Assembly: GCA_963785725.1 (NCBI GenBank)
Contig: CAWAWS010000022.1
Coordinates: forward strand, 160,001-224,000
Direction of reading: 5' to 3'
Source of the DNA: an uncultured delta proteobacterium
GTDB lineage: Bacteria > Myxococcota_A > Polyangia > Palsa-1104
Length of the DNA stretch: 64,000 nt
Shown: positions 9,057 to 20,554 of the stretch, in pieces
Layout: every line of letters starts with the position of its first letter
Numbering within the stretch: the stretch's first letter is position 1
Program-made: the position numbers and the translations under genes
Notes under the pieces: generated by a model
The model's input: the letters and a program-made list of their open reading frames with translations, nothing else
The model's database searches: none
What the model was told of the DNA's origin: nothing

Positions 9057-10045
9057 ACATCTCAGGCTCACGATTCCTCGTCACCGGAGGCACCGGCTTC
9101 ATCGGCAGCGCGCTCGTGCGCGGGCTGCTTTCCGCGGGCGCGATCGTGCGCTCGCTCGACGACGACTCGCGCGGCGCCAGTCATCGGTTGGCCGACCTCG
9201 ATCCCGACGCCAAGTCGCGTCTCGAGCTCGTGCGCGGCGACATTCGCGACCCGGACGCGGTGGCCGACGCCATCGCCGGCGTCGACAGCGTCTTGCACCT
9301 CGCCTACGTCAACGGCACCGAATATTTCTACAGTAAGCCGGAGCTGGTGCTCGAGGTCGCCGTCAAGGGCATGATGAACGTGCTCGACGGCTGCATCGCC
9401 CACGGCGTGCGCGATCTCGTGCTGGCGTCGTCGTCGGAGGTCTACCAAACGCCGCCGACCGTGCCCACCGACGAGCGCGCGCCGTTGATCGTGCCCGACG
9501 TGCTCAACCCGCGCTATTCCTACGGCGGCGGCAAGATCATCTCCGAGCTCTTGGCGGTCAACTATGGGCGCAAGCATTTTTCGCGCGTCGCCATCTTCCG
9601 CCCGCACAACTGCTACGGCCCGGACATGGGCAACGAGCACGTCATCCCGCAGCTGACGCGACGGCTGCACGAGCTGGCGACGGCCACGCCCGGTCCGCTG
9701 ACCTTGCCGATTCAAGGCAGCGGCAGCGAGATTCGCGCCTTCGTCTACATCGACGATCTGGTCGACGGCGTCTTGCGCGTCATCAAAGACGGCGAGCATC
9801 TCGGCATCTTCCACATCGGCACCGACGTCGAGGTGCAGATCGGCGAGCTGGCCAAGGCCATCGGTCGCGTGCTCGGTCGGCAGGTGACGCTGCAGCCGGG
9901 ACCGCTGCAGCCGGGCGGAACGTTGCGGCGCTGCCCGGACATCACGAAGCTGCGCGCGCTCGGTTACACGCCGAAGACGTCGCTCGACGCGGGGCTGGCG
10001 AGCACGGTGCGCTGGTACATTCAGCAATTCGAAGAGAGGAAATAA
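9053..10045 (+). CDS. NAD-dependent epimerase/dehydratase (extended SDR, UDP-glucuronate decarboxylase-like)
   Basis: TGGTGFIG, ASSSEVY, PRYSYGGGK (YxxxK), RPHNCYGP, RAFVYIDD, RRCPDITK. Confidence 0.93.
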   Translation: MNISGSRFLVTGGTGFIGSALVRGLLSAGAIVRSLDDDSRGASHRLADLDPDAKSRLELVRGDIRDPDAVADAIAGVDSVLHLAYVNGTEYFYSKPELVLEVAVKGMMNVLDGCIAHGVRDLVLASSSEVYQTPPTVPTDERAPLIVPDVLNPRYSYGGGKIISELLAVNYGRKHFSRVAIFRPHNCYGPDMGNEHVIPQLTRRLHELATATPGPLTLPIQGSGSEIRAFVYIDDLVDGVLRVIKDGEHLGIFHIGTDVEVQIGELAKAIGRVLGRQVTLQPGPLQPGGTLRRCPDITKLRALGYTPKTSLDAGLASTVRWYIQQFEERK

Positions 10046-11328
10046 TGTCTCAGACTACGAAACTGGCGGCAGGCTCGGGCGGCAGCGTGTTGGTCGATCA
10101 GTGCCAGGTGTGCGCGTCGAAGGAGCTCGATCCGGTGTTCTTCGCCGGCTATTTGCCGCCGGTCAACGGCATGCCCGCGGTCGGCTCGCAGCCGGTCGAG
10201 CAGCCGGCCTATCCGGCGCAAGTGCTCTCGTGCCGTCGCTGCAAGCTGGCGCAGCTCGGGCTGGTCGTCGATCCGGCGATCCTGTTTCCGCCGAGCTATC
10301 CCTATACGAGCGGCACGACCAAGATCTTGCGCGACAACTTTGCGCAGCTCTACACCGAGGTCGCGGCGCTCTATCCGTTGCGGCGCGAGCAGCTCGTCGT
10401 CGATATCGGCTCCAACGACGGCACGCTCCTCAGCAACTTTCACGCGCAGGGCATTCGCGTGCACGGCATCGAGCCGACGAACGCCGGCAAGCTGGCCAAC
10501 GAGCGCGGCATTCGCACGCTCATGTCGTTCTTCAATCGCAAAGCGGTCGACACCGTCATCGCCGAAGAGCGCGGCCGCGCGCATATCGTCACCGCCACCA
10601 ACGTCTTCGCGCACATCGAGGACACGGCCGAGGTCATGCGCTGCCTGCTCGCGCTCCTCGACGAGGACGGCATCTTCATCAGCGAATCGCACTACTGGGT
10701 GTCGCTCTTGGAGACGCTGCAATACGACACGGTCTATCACGAGCATCTGCGCTATTACTCGCTGACGAGCTTGCAGTATCTGCTCGAAGCCAATGGGCTC
10801 GAGGTCATTCGCGCCGGCCGCATTCCGACGCACGGCGGCTCGATTCGCGTCTACGCCGCGCGCAAAGGCAAGTATCCCGTCGACGCCAGCGTGCGCGCGA
10901 TTCTGCAGACCGAGGCGACCCAGCTCACCGACGCGGCGCTGGCCGAGTTCCGTCGCGGCGTCGTCGACTCCAAGCTCGGGCTCTATCGACTCTTGCAGGA
11001 GATTCACGCGGCCGGCGACCACGTCTACGGCGTCGGCGCGCCGTCGCGGGCCTCGACGCTCATCAATTACGTCGGCCTCGACGAGGGCATCATCGACTGC
11101 GTGCTCGAGATCAAAGGCTCGTACAAGATCGGCAAGTACATTCCAGGCACGCTGATTCCGGTGCTGGAAGAGTCGCGACTGTTCGAGGATCAGCCGAAAT
11201 ATGCGCTGCTCTTGTCGTGGCACATCGCCGACGAGCTGATTCCCAAGCTCAAAGCGCGCGGCTTCAAGGGCGACTTCATCGTTCCCTTGCCCAAGCCGCA
11301 CATCGTGCGCGGCGGCCAAGCGGGCTAG
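10045..11328 (+). CDS. NDP-sugar C-methyltransferase (TylCIII/NovU/TcaB9-type, Zn-binding)
   Basis: CQVC...CRRC Zn motif, YPYTSG, VDIGSNDG, NVFAH, YDTVYHEHLRYYS, HGGSIR, YGVGAPSRASTL, LLLSWH. Confidence 0.93.
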   Translation: MSQTTKLAAGSGGSVLVDQCQVCASKELDPVFFAGYLPPVNGMPAVGSQPVEQPAYPAQVLSCRRCKLAQLGLVVDPAILFPPSYPYTSGTTKILRDNFAQLYTEVAALYPLRREQLVVDIGSNDGTLLSNFHAQGIRVHGIEPTNAGKLANERGIRTLMSFFNRKAVDTVIAEERGRAHIVTATNVFAHIEDTAEVMRCLLALLDEDGIFISESHYWVSLLETLQYDTVYHEHLRYYSLTSLQYLLEANGLEVIRAGRIPTHGGSIRVYAARKGKYPVDASVRAILQTEATQLTDAALAEFRRGVVDSKLGLYRLLQEIHAAGDHVYGVGAPSRASTLINYVGLDEGIIDCVLEIKGSYKIGKYIPGTLIPVLEESRLFEDQPKYALLLSWHIADELIPKLKARGFKGDFIVPLPKPHIVRGGQAG

Positions 11329-11330
11329 TC

Positions 11331-12074
11331 ATGGCGCGCCCCATCGAAGCGCAGCGCGAGATCGACTTCTTCGATCGTTTCGTGGCCGAGCACGGTGATT
11401 ACGACGTGCTCGGCGAAGGCGCCTATCGTCGGCTGCACGAGGCCTTCGTCAGCGACGTGCGACCGCGCGCGGGCGAGCGCTGCATCGATCTCGGCTGCGG
11501 CACCGGCGCCTTTACGCGTCGACTGCGCGGGCTCGGCCTCGTCCTCGCGGGCATGGACATCTCGCCCAACTCGGTGGAGCTGGCGAAGAAGATCGCGCCC
11601 GACGTCGACTACTCGGTCGGCGACATCACCGCCACCGGGCTGCCGGATGCGAGCCAAGACATCATCTTGTACTCGGGCGTGCTGCACCATTTCAGCACGC
11701 CGGCGGCGCGGCGCGAGGTCGTGCGCGAAGGCTATCGGCTGCTCAAGCCCGGCGGACGGCTGTTCGCGTACGATCCGAGCGCGCACAGCCCGTCGATGTG
11801 GCTTTACCGCGACCCGCGCTCGCCGCTGTTTTCGGCCAAGGGCAAGACCGAGAACGAGGTGCTGCTCGACCGCGACGCGCTCGCCGGCGAGCTGCGCGCG
11901 GGCGGCTTTCGCCGGGTCGACATTCGCGGCTTGGCGGGGATTTCGTTCGCGTTCGTCGAGAGCCGCTTCGCGAGCCTGATCTTGCCGCTCTACAACGCCT
12001 ACGAATCGATCTTGCACTACTCGCCCTTGGAAAACCGCCTGGGCACGTTCCTCGTCAGCGTCGCCGTCAAGTAA
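11331..12074 (+). CDS. Class I SAM-dependent methyltransferase
   Basis: IDLGCGTG, GMDIS, GDITATGLPDASQD, GVLHH, RLLKPGG. Confidence 0.92.
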   Translation: MARPIEAQREIDFFDRFVAEHGDYDVLGEGAYRRLHEAFVSDVRPRAGERCIDLGCGTGAFTRRLRGLGLVLAGMDISPNSVELAKKIAPDVDYSVGDITATGLPDASQDIILYSGVLHHFSTPAARREVVREGYRLLKPGGRLFAYDPSAHSPSMWLYRDPRSPLFSAKGKTENEVLLDRDALAGELRAGGFRRVDIRGLAGISFAFVESRFASLILPLYNAYESILHYSPLENRLGTFLVSVAVK

Positions 12075-12265
12075 CCGCGCGCACTCGGCGCCGCATTTCC
12101 TCATCCGACCAAGGGCTGATCCCAACGCAATCTTGCAGTCGCTGCCGTATCGCGTCCGCATCCGCTGCGTCGGCGGCGGCGACTTGGGCGTCGCGTCCAC
12201 AAGTGCGAAGGCGAATGGCTTTTTTGCCCGCCATTTCTTGGTGCCAGCGCATACGATGGCGAATC

Positions 12266-13627
12266 ATGACTTCGCTCTCGAGCCGCGCCGCGGTTGCTCA
12301 CGCTGTCGCGGCGACGCTCCTATGTTTTCAGGCCTTCGCGCACGCCGAACAGCCGTCGCTGACGCCGCAACAGATCGCGGCCATGGCGCTGCCGTCGGTC
12401 GTGCGCATCGAGGTGCCGGGCGGGCTCGGCTCCGGCTTTGTCGTGCGCGCCGATGGCCGCATCATCACCAACCTGCACGTCGTCACCGGCGCGCACGAGG
12501 CGACGGTCGTCCTGGCCGACGGACGCAAGCTGAGCGGCGTCGAGATCCTGGAAGCCAATGAGGCGTTCGATCTGGCGCTGCTCAAGGTGCCTGCCGTCAA
12601 GCTGGCGCCGCTGCCGCTCGGCGACTCGAGCAAGGTCCAGGTCGGCCAGCACGTCGTCGCCATCGGCCATCCGCTCGGCCTCAGCAACACCGTCTCCGAC
12701 GGGCTGGTGAGCGGGCTCAGGCAGATCAGCGCCCAGGCGTCGCTGCTGCAACTGAGCGCGCCCATCTCTCCCGGCTCGTCGGGCGGGCCGATCATCGACG
12801 AGCATGGAGAGGTCATCGGCGTCTCGACGCTGATCATCACCCAGGGGCAGAACCTCAACTTCGGCGTGGCGATCAATGCCGTCAAGCCGATGCTCGACGC
12901 CAAGGTGGGGACAGCGCTGGCGGCCTACAAGTGGAAGACGAGCGGCAAGCTGCAGCGCGACGTGCCGCGGCACGCGCTGAGCCTGCTCGCCGGCTGCTCC
13001 GGCCCCAGCATGCACACCATCGTCGATCGCATCGAGGCGGCCATCTCCGTCGGTGCGCCCGCGTACAACGAAGGCAACCACGAAGGCTGTTACCGCGCCT
13101 ATGCCGCCGCTGCCGTCGCCGTCGACCGCGAGGTCAAGGACTGCGCCGGCCCGCGCGACGCGCTCTTGGCCGGGGTGCGCAAGGCCGACAAGCTCGGCAG
13201 CAGCACCGAGAAGGCGTGGGCGATGCGCGACGCGTTCGACGGCGTGCTCGACGTCGTCGCGCGCCATGACGCGGCGGCCGCGCAGACGCCGCCGGCGCGA
13301 CACGTGCCGACCCATCCGCTCGAGCTGCTCGAGGGCTGCAGCCAGGCCAACGGGCGCGAGATCGCGCACGCCATCGGTAGCGCCATCGACGTCGGCGCGC
13401 CGCTCTACAACCAAGGAAACATCGAGGCCTGCTTCCGCGTCTACGAAGGCGCGGCGCTCGACGTGCAGCGCCGGGTCAGCGGCTGCGCCGGCGCCAAGGA
13501 GGCGCTCTTGACGGGCGTCAGCGAGGCGAAGCGGCGCGCCGGCTTCGTCGACAAGGCGTGGGCGATGCGCGACGCGTTCGACGGCGTGCTCGACCTCTTG
13601 CAGCGCAAGTGGGGCGTCACACCCTGA
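12266..13627 (+). CDS. Secreted trypsin-like (S1C/HtrA-like) serine protease with two tandem C-terminal helical domains in place of PDZ
   Basis: Signal peptide. GSGFVV, ITNLHVV (His), DLALLK (Asp), PISPGSSGGP (Ser). Two copies of AI.VGAP.YN.GN.E.C...Y...KAWAMRDAFDGVL. Confidence 0.9.
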   Translation: MTSLSSRAAVAHAVAATLLCFQAFAHAEQPSLTPQQIAAMALPSVVRIEVPGGLGSGFVVRADGRIITNLHVVTGAHEATVVLADGRKLSGVEILEANEAFDLALLKVPAVKLAPLPLGDSSKVQVGQHVVAIGHPLGLSNTVSDGLVSGLRQISAQASLLQLSAPISPGSSGGPIIDEHGEVIGVSTLIITQGQNLNFGVAINAVKPMLDAKVGTALAAYKWKTSGKLQRDVPRHALSLLAGCSGPSMHTIVDRIEAAISVGAPAYNEGNHEGCYRAYAAAAVAVDREVKDCAGPRDALLAGVRKADKLGSSTEKAWAMRDAFDGVLDVVARHDAAAAQTPPARHVPTHPLELLEGCSQANGREIAHAIGSAIDVGAPLYNQGNIEACFRVYEGAALDVQRRVSGCAGAKEALLTGVSEAKRRAGFVDKAWAMRDAFDGVLDLLQRKWGVTP

Positions 13628-13713
13628 CGAGGGTGGCCGCGCCGGTGGGTCCGCTCACCGACTGCAGCGGCGCTCTGCGGACGGAGCGCGTATACTGAGC
13701 AGCCGGCACCACC

Positions 13714-14463
13714 ATGAGCTCACGCCGCTCCCTCATTCTCGCCGCCGCTCTCGCCTGGCTCCTCGAGCATGTCATCCCCTTTGGTCGCCTCGCGCTTTAC
13801 CCGTTTACGCTCCTGGCCACCTGGATCCACGAAACCGGACACGGCTTGGCCGGCCTGGCGACGGGCGGCTCGTTCCAGCGGCTCGTCATCTACTGGGACG
13901 CGTCCGGCTACGCGCTCGCCGGCAGCGGCGTCGGCTGGCGCCAAGCGGTCGTCAGCCTCGGCGGCCTCTGGGCGCCGCCGCTCGTTGGCGCGCTACTGCT
14001 CGCCACGGTGCGCGGTCCGCGCCGCGCGCGCGTGGCGCTGTTGGTCCTGGCGGCGCTCATGCTCCTGACGCTCGTGCTCTGGGTGCGCTCGCCCGCCGGT
14101 TACCTCGCGGTGCCGCTGACGGCCGCGCTCGTCGCCTGGGTCGCCCTCTTCGCCGCGCCGCAGCGGCGCGTGCTGTTCGCGCAATTCATCGCCATTACGC
14201 TCGCGCTCGACACCCTCGGGCGCATGGTCTCGTATGCGCTGTCGACCACGGCCACCGTCGGCGGCAAGGACCAGAAGTCCGACGTCGTCAGGCTCGCCGA
14301 CGCGATGGGCGGTCACTACTTCTTGTGGGGCCTGGTCGTGATCATCGTGGCGATGGCGCTGCTGGCTGCGGGGCTGTGGTTGGCCTGGCGTCCGCCGTGG
14401 CGGAGATCGCCGCGCCGCCAGCGAGCGACCGTGCTGCCGTCGCAGAGACGACCGGCCCGGTAG
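13714..14463 (+). CDS. M50 family (M50B-like) membrane metallopeptidase
   Basis: TWIHETGHGLAG (HExxH), SDV..LA, multiple TM helices. Confidence 0.9.
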   Translation: MSSRRSLILAAALAWLLEHVIPFGRLALYPFTLLATWIHETGHGLAGLATGGSFQRLVIYWDASGYALAGSGVGWRQAVVSLGGLWAPPLVGALLLATVRGPRRARVALLVLAALMLLTLVLWVRSPAGYLAVPLTAALVAWVALFAAPQRRVLFAQFIAITLALDTLGRMVSYALSTTATVGGKDQKSDVVRLADAMGGHYFLWGLVVIIVAMALLAAGLWLAWRPPWRRSPRRQRATVLPSQRRPAR

Positions 14464-14484
14464 CTCGGAGCGCACGCGCTTCGG

Positions 14485-15797
14485 CTACAGCAGCTGCCGC
14501 GCTTTGATCTCGAGATACTGATGCACCAACGCCGCCGTCAGCTGCCGCGGCGCGACGTCGAGCGTGAGCACCCCGCCCCGCCTGAGCTCGCCGATGAGGC
14601 GCTCGCGCCACACCAGATGCTCGGCCGCGGCCGCCGCCACGCACTGGTCGATGGCGCGCATCCCGCCCGCTCCCGGCGCTTCCGCGAGCTGCTCGATGTC
14701 GGCGTCGCGAAACAGCACCACCAGCGCCAGATGGCGCGGCATGAGGCCCTTGGCGAAGCGCACCAGCTCGCGCGCGCCCAGGTCGTCGATGACCTGCGTG
14801 AACAGCACCACCAGCGAGCGTTTGCGCGCCCGCAGCACCAGCTGCGCCTGGGCCACGCGGAAGTCGGTCTCGCAGGGCCGTGGCTGCAGATCGTAGCTGG
14901 CCTGGATGATGCGCTGGTTCGACCGCCGCCCCGGCGCCGGCGTCACGAAGCGGCGCACGACCGAATCGAAGGCCAGCTGGCCCACGTGATCGCCGAGGCG
15001 TAGCGCCACGTGCGAGAGCATGAGGCTGGCGTTGAGCGCGTGGTCGAGCTGCGACTGGCCGCCGCTCTCGGCGCTCATGAGCCGCCCGCAGTCGAGCGCG
15101 AACAAGAGGCTCTGGTTGCGCTCGAGCTGGTGCTCGCGGGTGATCAGCTTCTGGTTGCGCGCCGTCGCTTTCCAGTCGATGTTGCGGAACTCGTCGTCGC
15201 GCTGGTACTCGCGCAGCCGCTCGAACTCGGTCTCGCCGCCGCGCAGCCGCACCGTCCGCCACAGCGCATGCTCGCGATCCTGCCGCGCCAAGAGCTCCCA
15301 GGCGCGCACCGCCTGCAGATCGGGATAGACGTGGACCTCGTCGCGCGCCGGCTGACGGCGTTGGCGCTGCCACAGCCCGAGCGGAGTCGACCAGCGCAGA
15401 TGATGGTCGCCGAGCGCGAACGCCCCGCGCTCGGTCGGTCGCACGCGGTAGCGCACCGTCGCCGAAGCGCCCGGCGGCAGCACCAGCGTCGCCGGCAAAC
15501 CCTCGCCGCGCGCGCTCGGGAAGAGGTCGTCGGTGACCTCGACCGTCAGCGTGCGCCGCGCCCGCGACGTGATCGTGAGCTCGACGGCGTTGGCGCGACC
15601 GATCGAAAAGGTCGCCGGCTTGAGCCGCTCGACCTCGACGAAGCCGCGCCGCGCCCAGAGCGCATCGACGGCGGCGACGAGCGCGATGGCGAGGTCGGTG
15701 ACGAGGAGGGCCGGCCACAGGCGACGGTTGGCGAAGACCGCCAACGCCAATCCCAAGGTCAGCGCGCCCACCAGCACCAGCCGTCGCGACGGGATCA

Positions 15798-15801
<4 letters not shown>
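14485..15801 (-). CDS. DUF58 domain protein (MoxR-associated, VWA-like)
   Basis: EFERLREYQRDDEFRNIDWKATAR, LDCGRLM, YLEIKARQLL. ATG overlaps the MoxR stop. Confidence 0.93.
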
Positions 15802-16762
<961 letters not shown>

Positions 16763-16766
<4 letters not shown>

Positions 16767-18754
16767 TTGAGTCCCCCAACTGTGTGCAAGAGCCGATGGA
16801 GCTCGGCCATGATGGCTCGTTCGTTTCCGGCGGCGCCGGGCGCGTCGCTGCGCGCACGCTGGACGGCGGCGATGAGGGCGGCGATTGCCGGCTCGGGCTC
16901 GCCGCTGCGCGCCGCCAGCGCCTGCGCCAGTCGCGCCGGCTCGCCCGCGGTCACGCCGGCTCGTTGCCGCAGCCGCTCGAGCGCCCAGCCGCCCCACAAC
17001 GCGAGCGCGTGGCGGTAGGCGCGCGCCTTCCAGTACTGCATGCCGACGGCGCGTACATGTTCCGCGAACTCGCGTCGCTGCCGCAGCGGCGGATCCTGGC
17101 GCTGCCCGAAGGCGATGCCGCGATGGGCGAACAGCAAGAGCGCCACCAGCCCCATCTGCAGCATGAGCGCGCCCAGTCCGCCGGCCAAGAGCGCGCCGGC
17201 GGGCGATGTGGCCGCCATGCCCGTGGTCTCGTCGACGAGCTCGACCTCTTTGTCGTCGGCCAGGCGCAACAGCTCGAGCGCCAGCGTGCCGTTGTCGCCG
17301 GCGGTGAGCGCGCCGTTGGTGAAGAGCGCGCCGTCGGCCACGAAGATGAGGTCGCCGCGCTTCATGCCGCGCGACACCACGGCCGCGCAGTCGCGATCGC
17401 CGAGCAGCACCTGCTCGCCACCGACGACGCGAAAGCAGGAGCCGGACGGCGAAACGGCGTGCAGATCGCCGAGCGGAGGCCGCCAGAAGGGTGGCACCGT
17501 GAAGGTGTCGTGACCGGCGGGATGCAGCGTACGGCCGAGGTCGCTGTGGCTGTCGCTGCTCGTGAGGATGGCGACGCCGCCTTTGTCGGCCCAGTCGTTT
17601 ACCTCGGCGAGCTGCGCCTGGTCGAGCGGCACTGTGACGAGGAGGCCGCGGGTCGACGTGTCCAGCTTGTCGAGCGACGCGAGGCGATGGGTGAGCTTGC
17701 CGCCGTGCTGCGCGAAGAGTCGCCGTAATGCCGAGCGGCCCGCGGGCGCGTCATCGATCGGTCCGCGGCCACCGCGGCAGCCGCCGGCGCCGAGCGCCAA
17801 GCCGAGCAGCGCCAACAGCGCCAGCGGTCGCGCCAGCAGCGCCGTCACCCGGCCGAGCAGCCCGGCGTAGCGATCGGGCGATGGCGGCTCGGCACCGAAC
17901 TGCACGCGCTCGACGGCACCGACCACGTCGCGCAGCAGCGCCTGCAGCTCGGGCGACTTGCGCAGCGCGCGGACGTAGTCGCCGTTGGTGCAGTCGCGGC
18001 GGACACGCACGAGGCCGCGGCCCTCGAGATGGCGCAGGAGCGCGGCGTAGACGAGATCGATGGCGCGGGCGTGATCACCGGCGGCCGCGAGCCGGTCGGC
18101 GGCGGCGAGCAGGCGCGCGACGTCGCGCTCGGGCCCTTCGGCGCTGGCGACGATCACCGTCTCGGCCGGCCTCCCGTCGGCCGCGGGCTCGACGTCGCGG
18201 CGGGCGAAGAGGAAGCCGCCGGCGGCGACGAGGCGCGCCACCAAGAATGCCAGACCGCCCACCAGCATCAGGATGAAGCCCCAGAACACGAACGCCGCCA
18301 ACGACGACAGCCAGCCGCTCGCGAGCCACTGAGTCTCGGGCTCCTCGCCACGATAGAGCGCGCACGCGGCAGGCAGCTCGGGGCAGCGGGCAGCGACGGC
18401 GGCGCGGCACCAGCGAGCCTCGTCTGGCCGCAGCGGATAGCGCGGGTCGTGGCAGAAGCGGTAGGTCGGCTCGGCGAGCAGCCGCACGGCCTCCGCGCCG
18501 ATCGCCGTCCGATCGAGCGGCGGCGGCGGCCAATCCGGATTCTCGGGTGTCGTGGCCGCCTCGTTGCTGCTGTAGCTCTGGGTGTCGCCACCGTCGCTGT
18601 GATCGCGATCGCCGTCCGGCTCGTGGTGCGCGCCGCCGGACCGGTCGTGCTTGGCGTGACCCCCGACGACACCGCCATGCGCCGACTGGGCAGCCGGCGC
18701 CCCGACCGGCAGCGCGACCACGGTGCACAACGTGATGAGGGCGAGCGTCCTCAC
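16763..18754 (-). CDS. DUF4129 + DUF4350 fused membrane protein
   Basis: A..LY.ALLRHL...T..DY...V.FG (DUF4129-like). G.SAL..L, DGALFTNGAL, RREFAEHVRAVG..Y (DUF4350-like). Sits in the MoxR operon. Confidence 0.8.
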
Positions 18755-19590
18755 GGCAGCGGCTTCGTCGGCTGCCCCGTCGCCGTCGTCGCGGCCATGG
18801 TCGCGCGACTCGGCGACGCAGCCGCGGTCGCCTCGGTGTCCGCCTGCATCACCGCCGCGAAGCGCAGCTGCACGTCCCAGCCCTCGGTGCGCGTGCGCGC
18901 GTCGAGGTAGCCGATGAGCCGCGCGCAGGCCACGTAGGGCATCGCGAACAGCGCGCCCAGCATGAGAAACGGCGTATTACCCTCGGCCCAGGCAGCGGGT
19001 GCCGGCAGCATGAACGCGTACTCCAGCGTCGACGTGACCAGCAGCTGACCGTAAACCGCGACCGCCAGCGGCGCCACGGCCAAGAAAAAGCCGAGCCCGA
19101 AGGTCTTGCCCGGCTGCCGCGCCGCCAGCTGTCCCGCGCGCACGTAAGCATGCCCCGGTGAGGCGCCCTCCAAGAGCGTCGCCTCGTAGACGAACGGCCG
19201 CTGCAGCACCAAGAGGTAGCTGAAGACCGGCACCAGGAGGAGCACGCGCCACAGAAAGAGCATGCCGAGCAGCGACGGGAGACGACGCCCCCAGCGACGG
19301 AACACCTCGCCCACCGTGACCGCCTCGGCGAACAGGAGCTGGCCGGCGGCGATGGTGTAGAGCCCCGACAGCGGCGCCGCCAGCACGATGGCCACCCCGT
19401 ACAAGAGGAACCAGCGCGTGTGCAGCCAGCGATGGGCCGCGATCATCGCCAGCGCCAACGGCACCAGCGTCAGCGCCGACAGCTGCACGAACAGCCGTCG
19501 CTGCACGGTCAGGCACGCGCGCAGCGCCAAGTCGAGCATGTCGCTGAGGCCGCGCGGGCGCAGCACGATGCGGGCGTCACGCAGGTTCAC
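18751..19590 (-). CDS. Conserved membrane protein of MoxR/SpoIIM operons
   Basis: LRPRGLSDMLDLA at the N-terminus, EA.LLE, YLDARTRTEGWDVQ at the C-terminus, several TMs. Confidence 0.82.
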   Translation of the reverse strand: MNLRDARIVLRPRGLSDMLDLALRACLTVQRRLFVQLSALTLVPLALAMIAAHRWLHTRWFLLYGVAIVLAAPLSGLYTIAAGQLLFAEAVTVGEVFRRWGRRLPSLLGMLFLWRVLLLVPVFSYLLVLQRPFVYEATLLEGASPGHAYVRAGQLAARQPGKTFGLGFFLAVAPLAVAVYGQLLVTSTLEYAFMLPAPAAWAEGNTPFLMLGALFAMPYVACARLIGYLDARTRTEGWDVQLRFAAVMQADTEATAAASPSRATMAATTATGQPTKPLP

Positions 19591-20554
19591 GACGACTCCG
19601 GTGCGGGCGGCCGACGAAACCGAAGTAGGCGCCGACGGCGAGCACGTTGACCGTGGCCACCGCCCACTTGATCGGCGGCGCCATCGCCGAGGGCGACCAA
19701 TAGCCTTCGATGAGCGCCGCGACGGCGAGCATCAGCGCGGCGCCCAGCACCAGCTGCGCGATCTCGCCCGCCTGCGCTCGCAGCGAGCCGAGCCGGGTGC
19801 GTCCGCCGGTGTCGACGAGCGCGAAGCCCATTTGCAGCCCAGCGGCGCCGGCGATCACGATGGCGGTCAGCTCGAACGGCGAGTGGCCGCAACAGAACGT
19901 GAGGATGTTGCCGCTGTGTCCGGCGCGGAACATGGCGCCAAAGACGGTGCCGATGGTGAGCCCGTTGTAGAGCAGGAAGAACAACGAGCCCAAGCCGGCG
20001 AGGATGCCGGTGGCGAAGCAGCGAAAGGCGATGCCGATGTTGTTCCACACGTAGAAGCCGGCCATGTTGGTGGCGACGTTGCTCTCGCGGCCTTCGTCGA
20101 AGCCTTTGGCGTAGCTGGCCTCCATCTGCGACAGCGTCTGCTCCGAGAGCACGCGCGCGGCGAACTCGGGCGAGCGCGCGCCGCCAGCGAGGCCGAGCCC
20201 GAAGGGAACGAAGAACAGCAGCGCAGCCGTCAGCAAGAAGCGGGCGCGGCGGCGGAACGTGCGCGGAAAGTCGCGTGTCACCAGCGCGACCGCCGCGTGC
20301 CAGTGATAGGGCGGCGCGGCGTAGAGCGCGTTGTGGGCGCGGGCGGCCAGCGCGTCGAGGAAGGTGCCGAGCTCGCGGCCGTAGCGGGCGGCCTCGGCGC
20401 GCATCAGGTCGGCGCACAGCACGCGATAGAGCGCCACCGCCCGCGAGATATCGGCGGGCGGCAGCTTGTGCAGCGCCGATTTGCGCTCGAGCAGCGCCGC
20501 CAGCTCATCCCAGTCGTCGTGGCGGGCTGCGACGAAGTCGTCCTCGCCGATCAT
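19577..20554 (-). CDS. Stage II sporulation protein M (SpoIIM/DUF95) family membrane protein
   Basis: E..FV..R...W.EL, YVWNNIGIAF, YNGL, HSPFELTAI, AALIEG. Confidence 0.92.
   Translation of the reverse strand: MIGEDDFVAARHDDWDELAALLERKSALHKLPPADISRAVALYRVLCADLMRAEAARYGRELGTFLDALAARAHNALYAAPPYHWHAAVALVTRDFPRTFRRRARFLLTAALLFFVPFGLGLAGGARSPEFAARVLSEQTLSQMEASYAKGFDEGRESNVATNMAGFYVWNNIGIAFRCFATGILAGLGSLFFLLYNGLTIGTVFGAMFRAGHSGNILTFCCGHSPFELTAIVIAGAAGLQMGFALVDTGGRTRLGSLRAQAGEIAQLVLGAALMLAVAALIEGYWSPSAMAPPIKWAVATVNVLAVGAYFGFVGRPHRSRREPA

Noticed and set aside
10101..11330. 657-aa ORF 10101..12074 as one long protein
   Set aside because: The upstream part is an Arg/Ala-rich shadow frame over the C-methyltransferase. 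The real MTase starts at ATG 11331.
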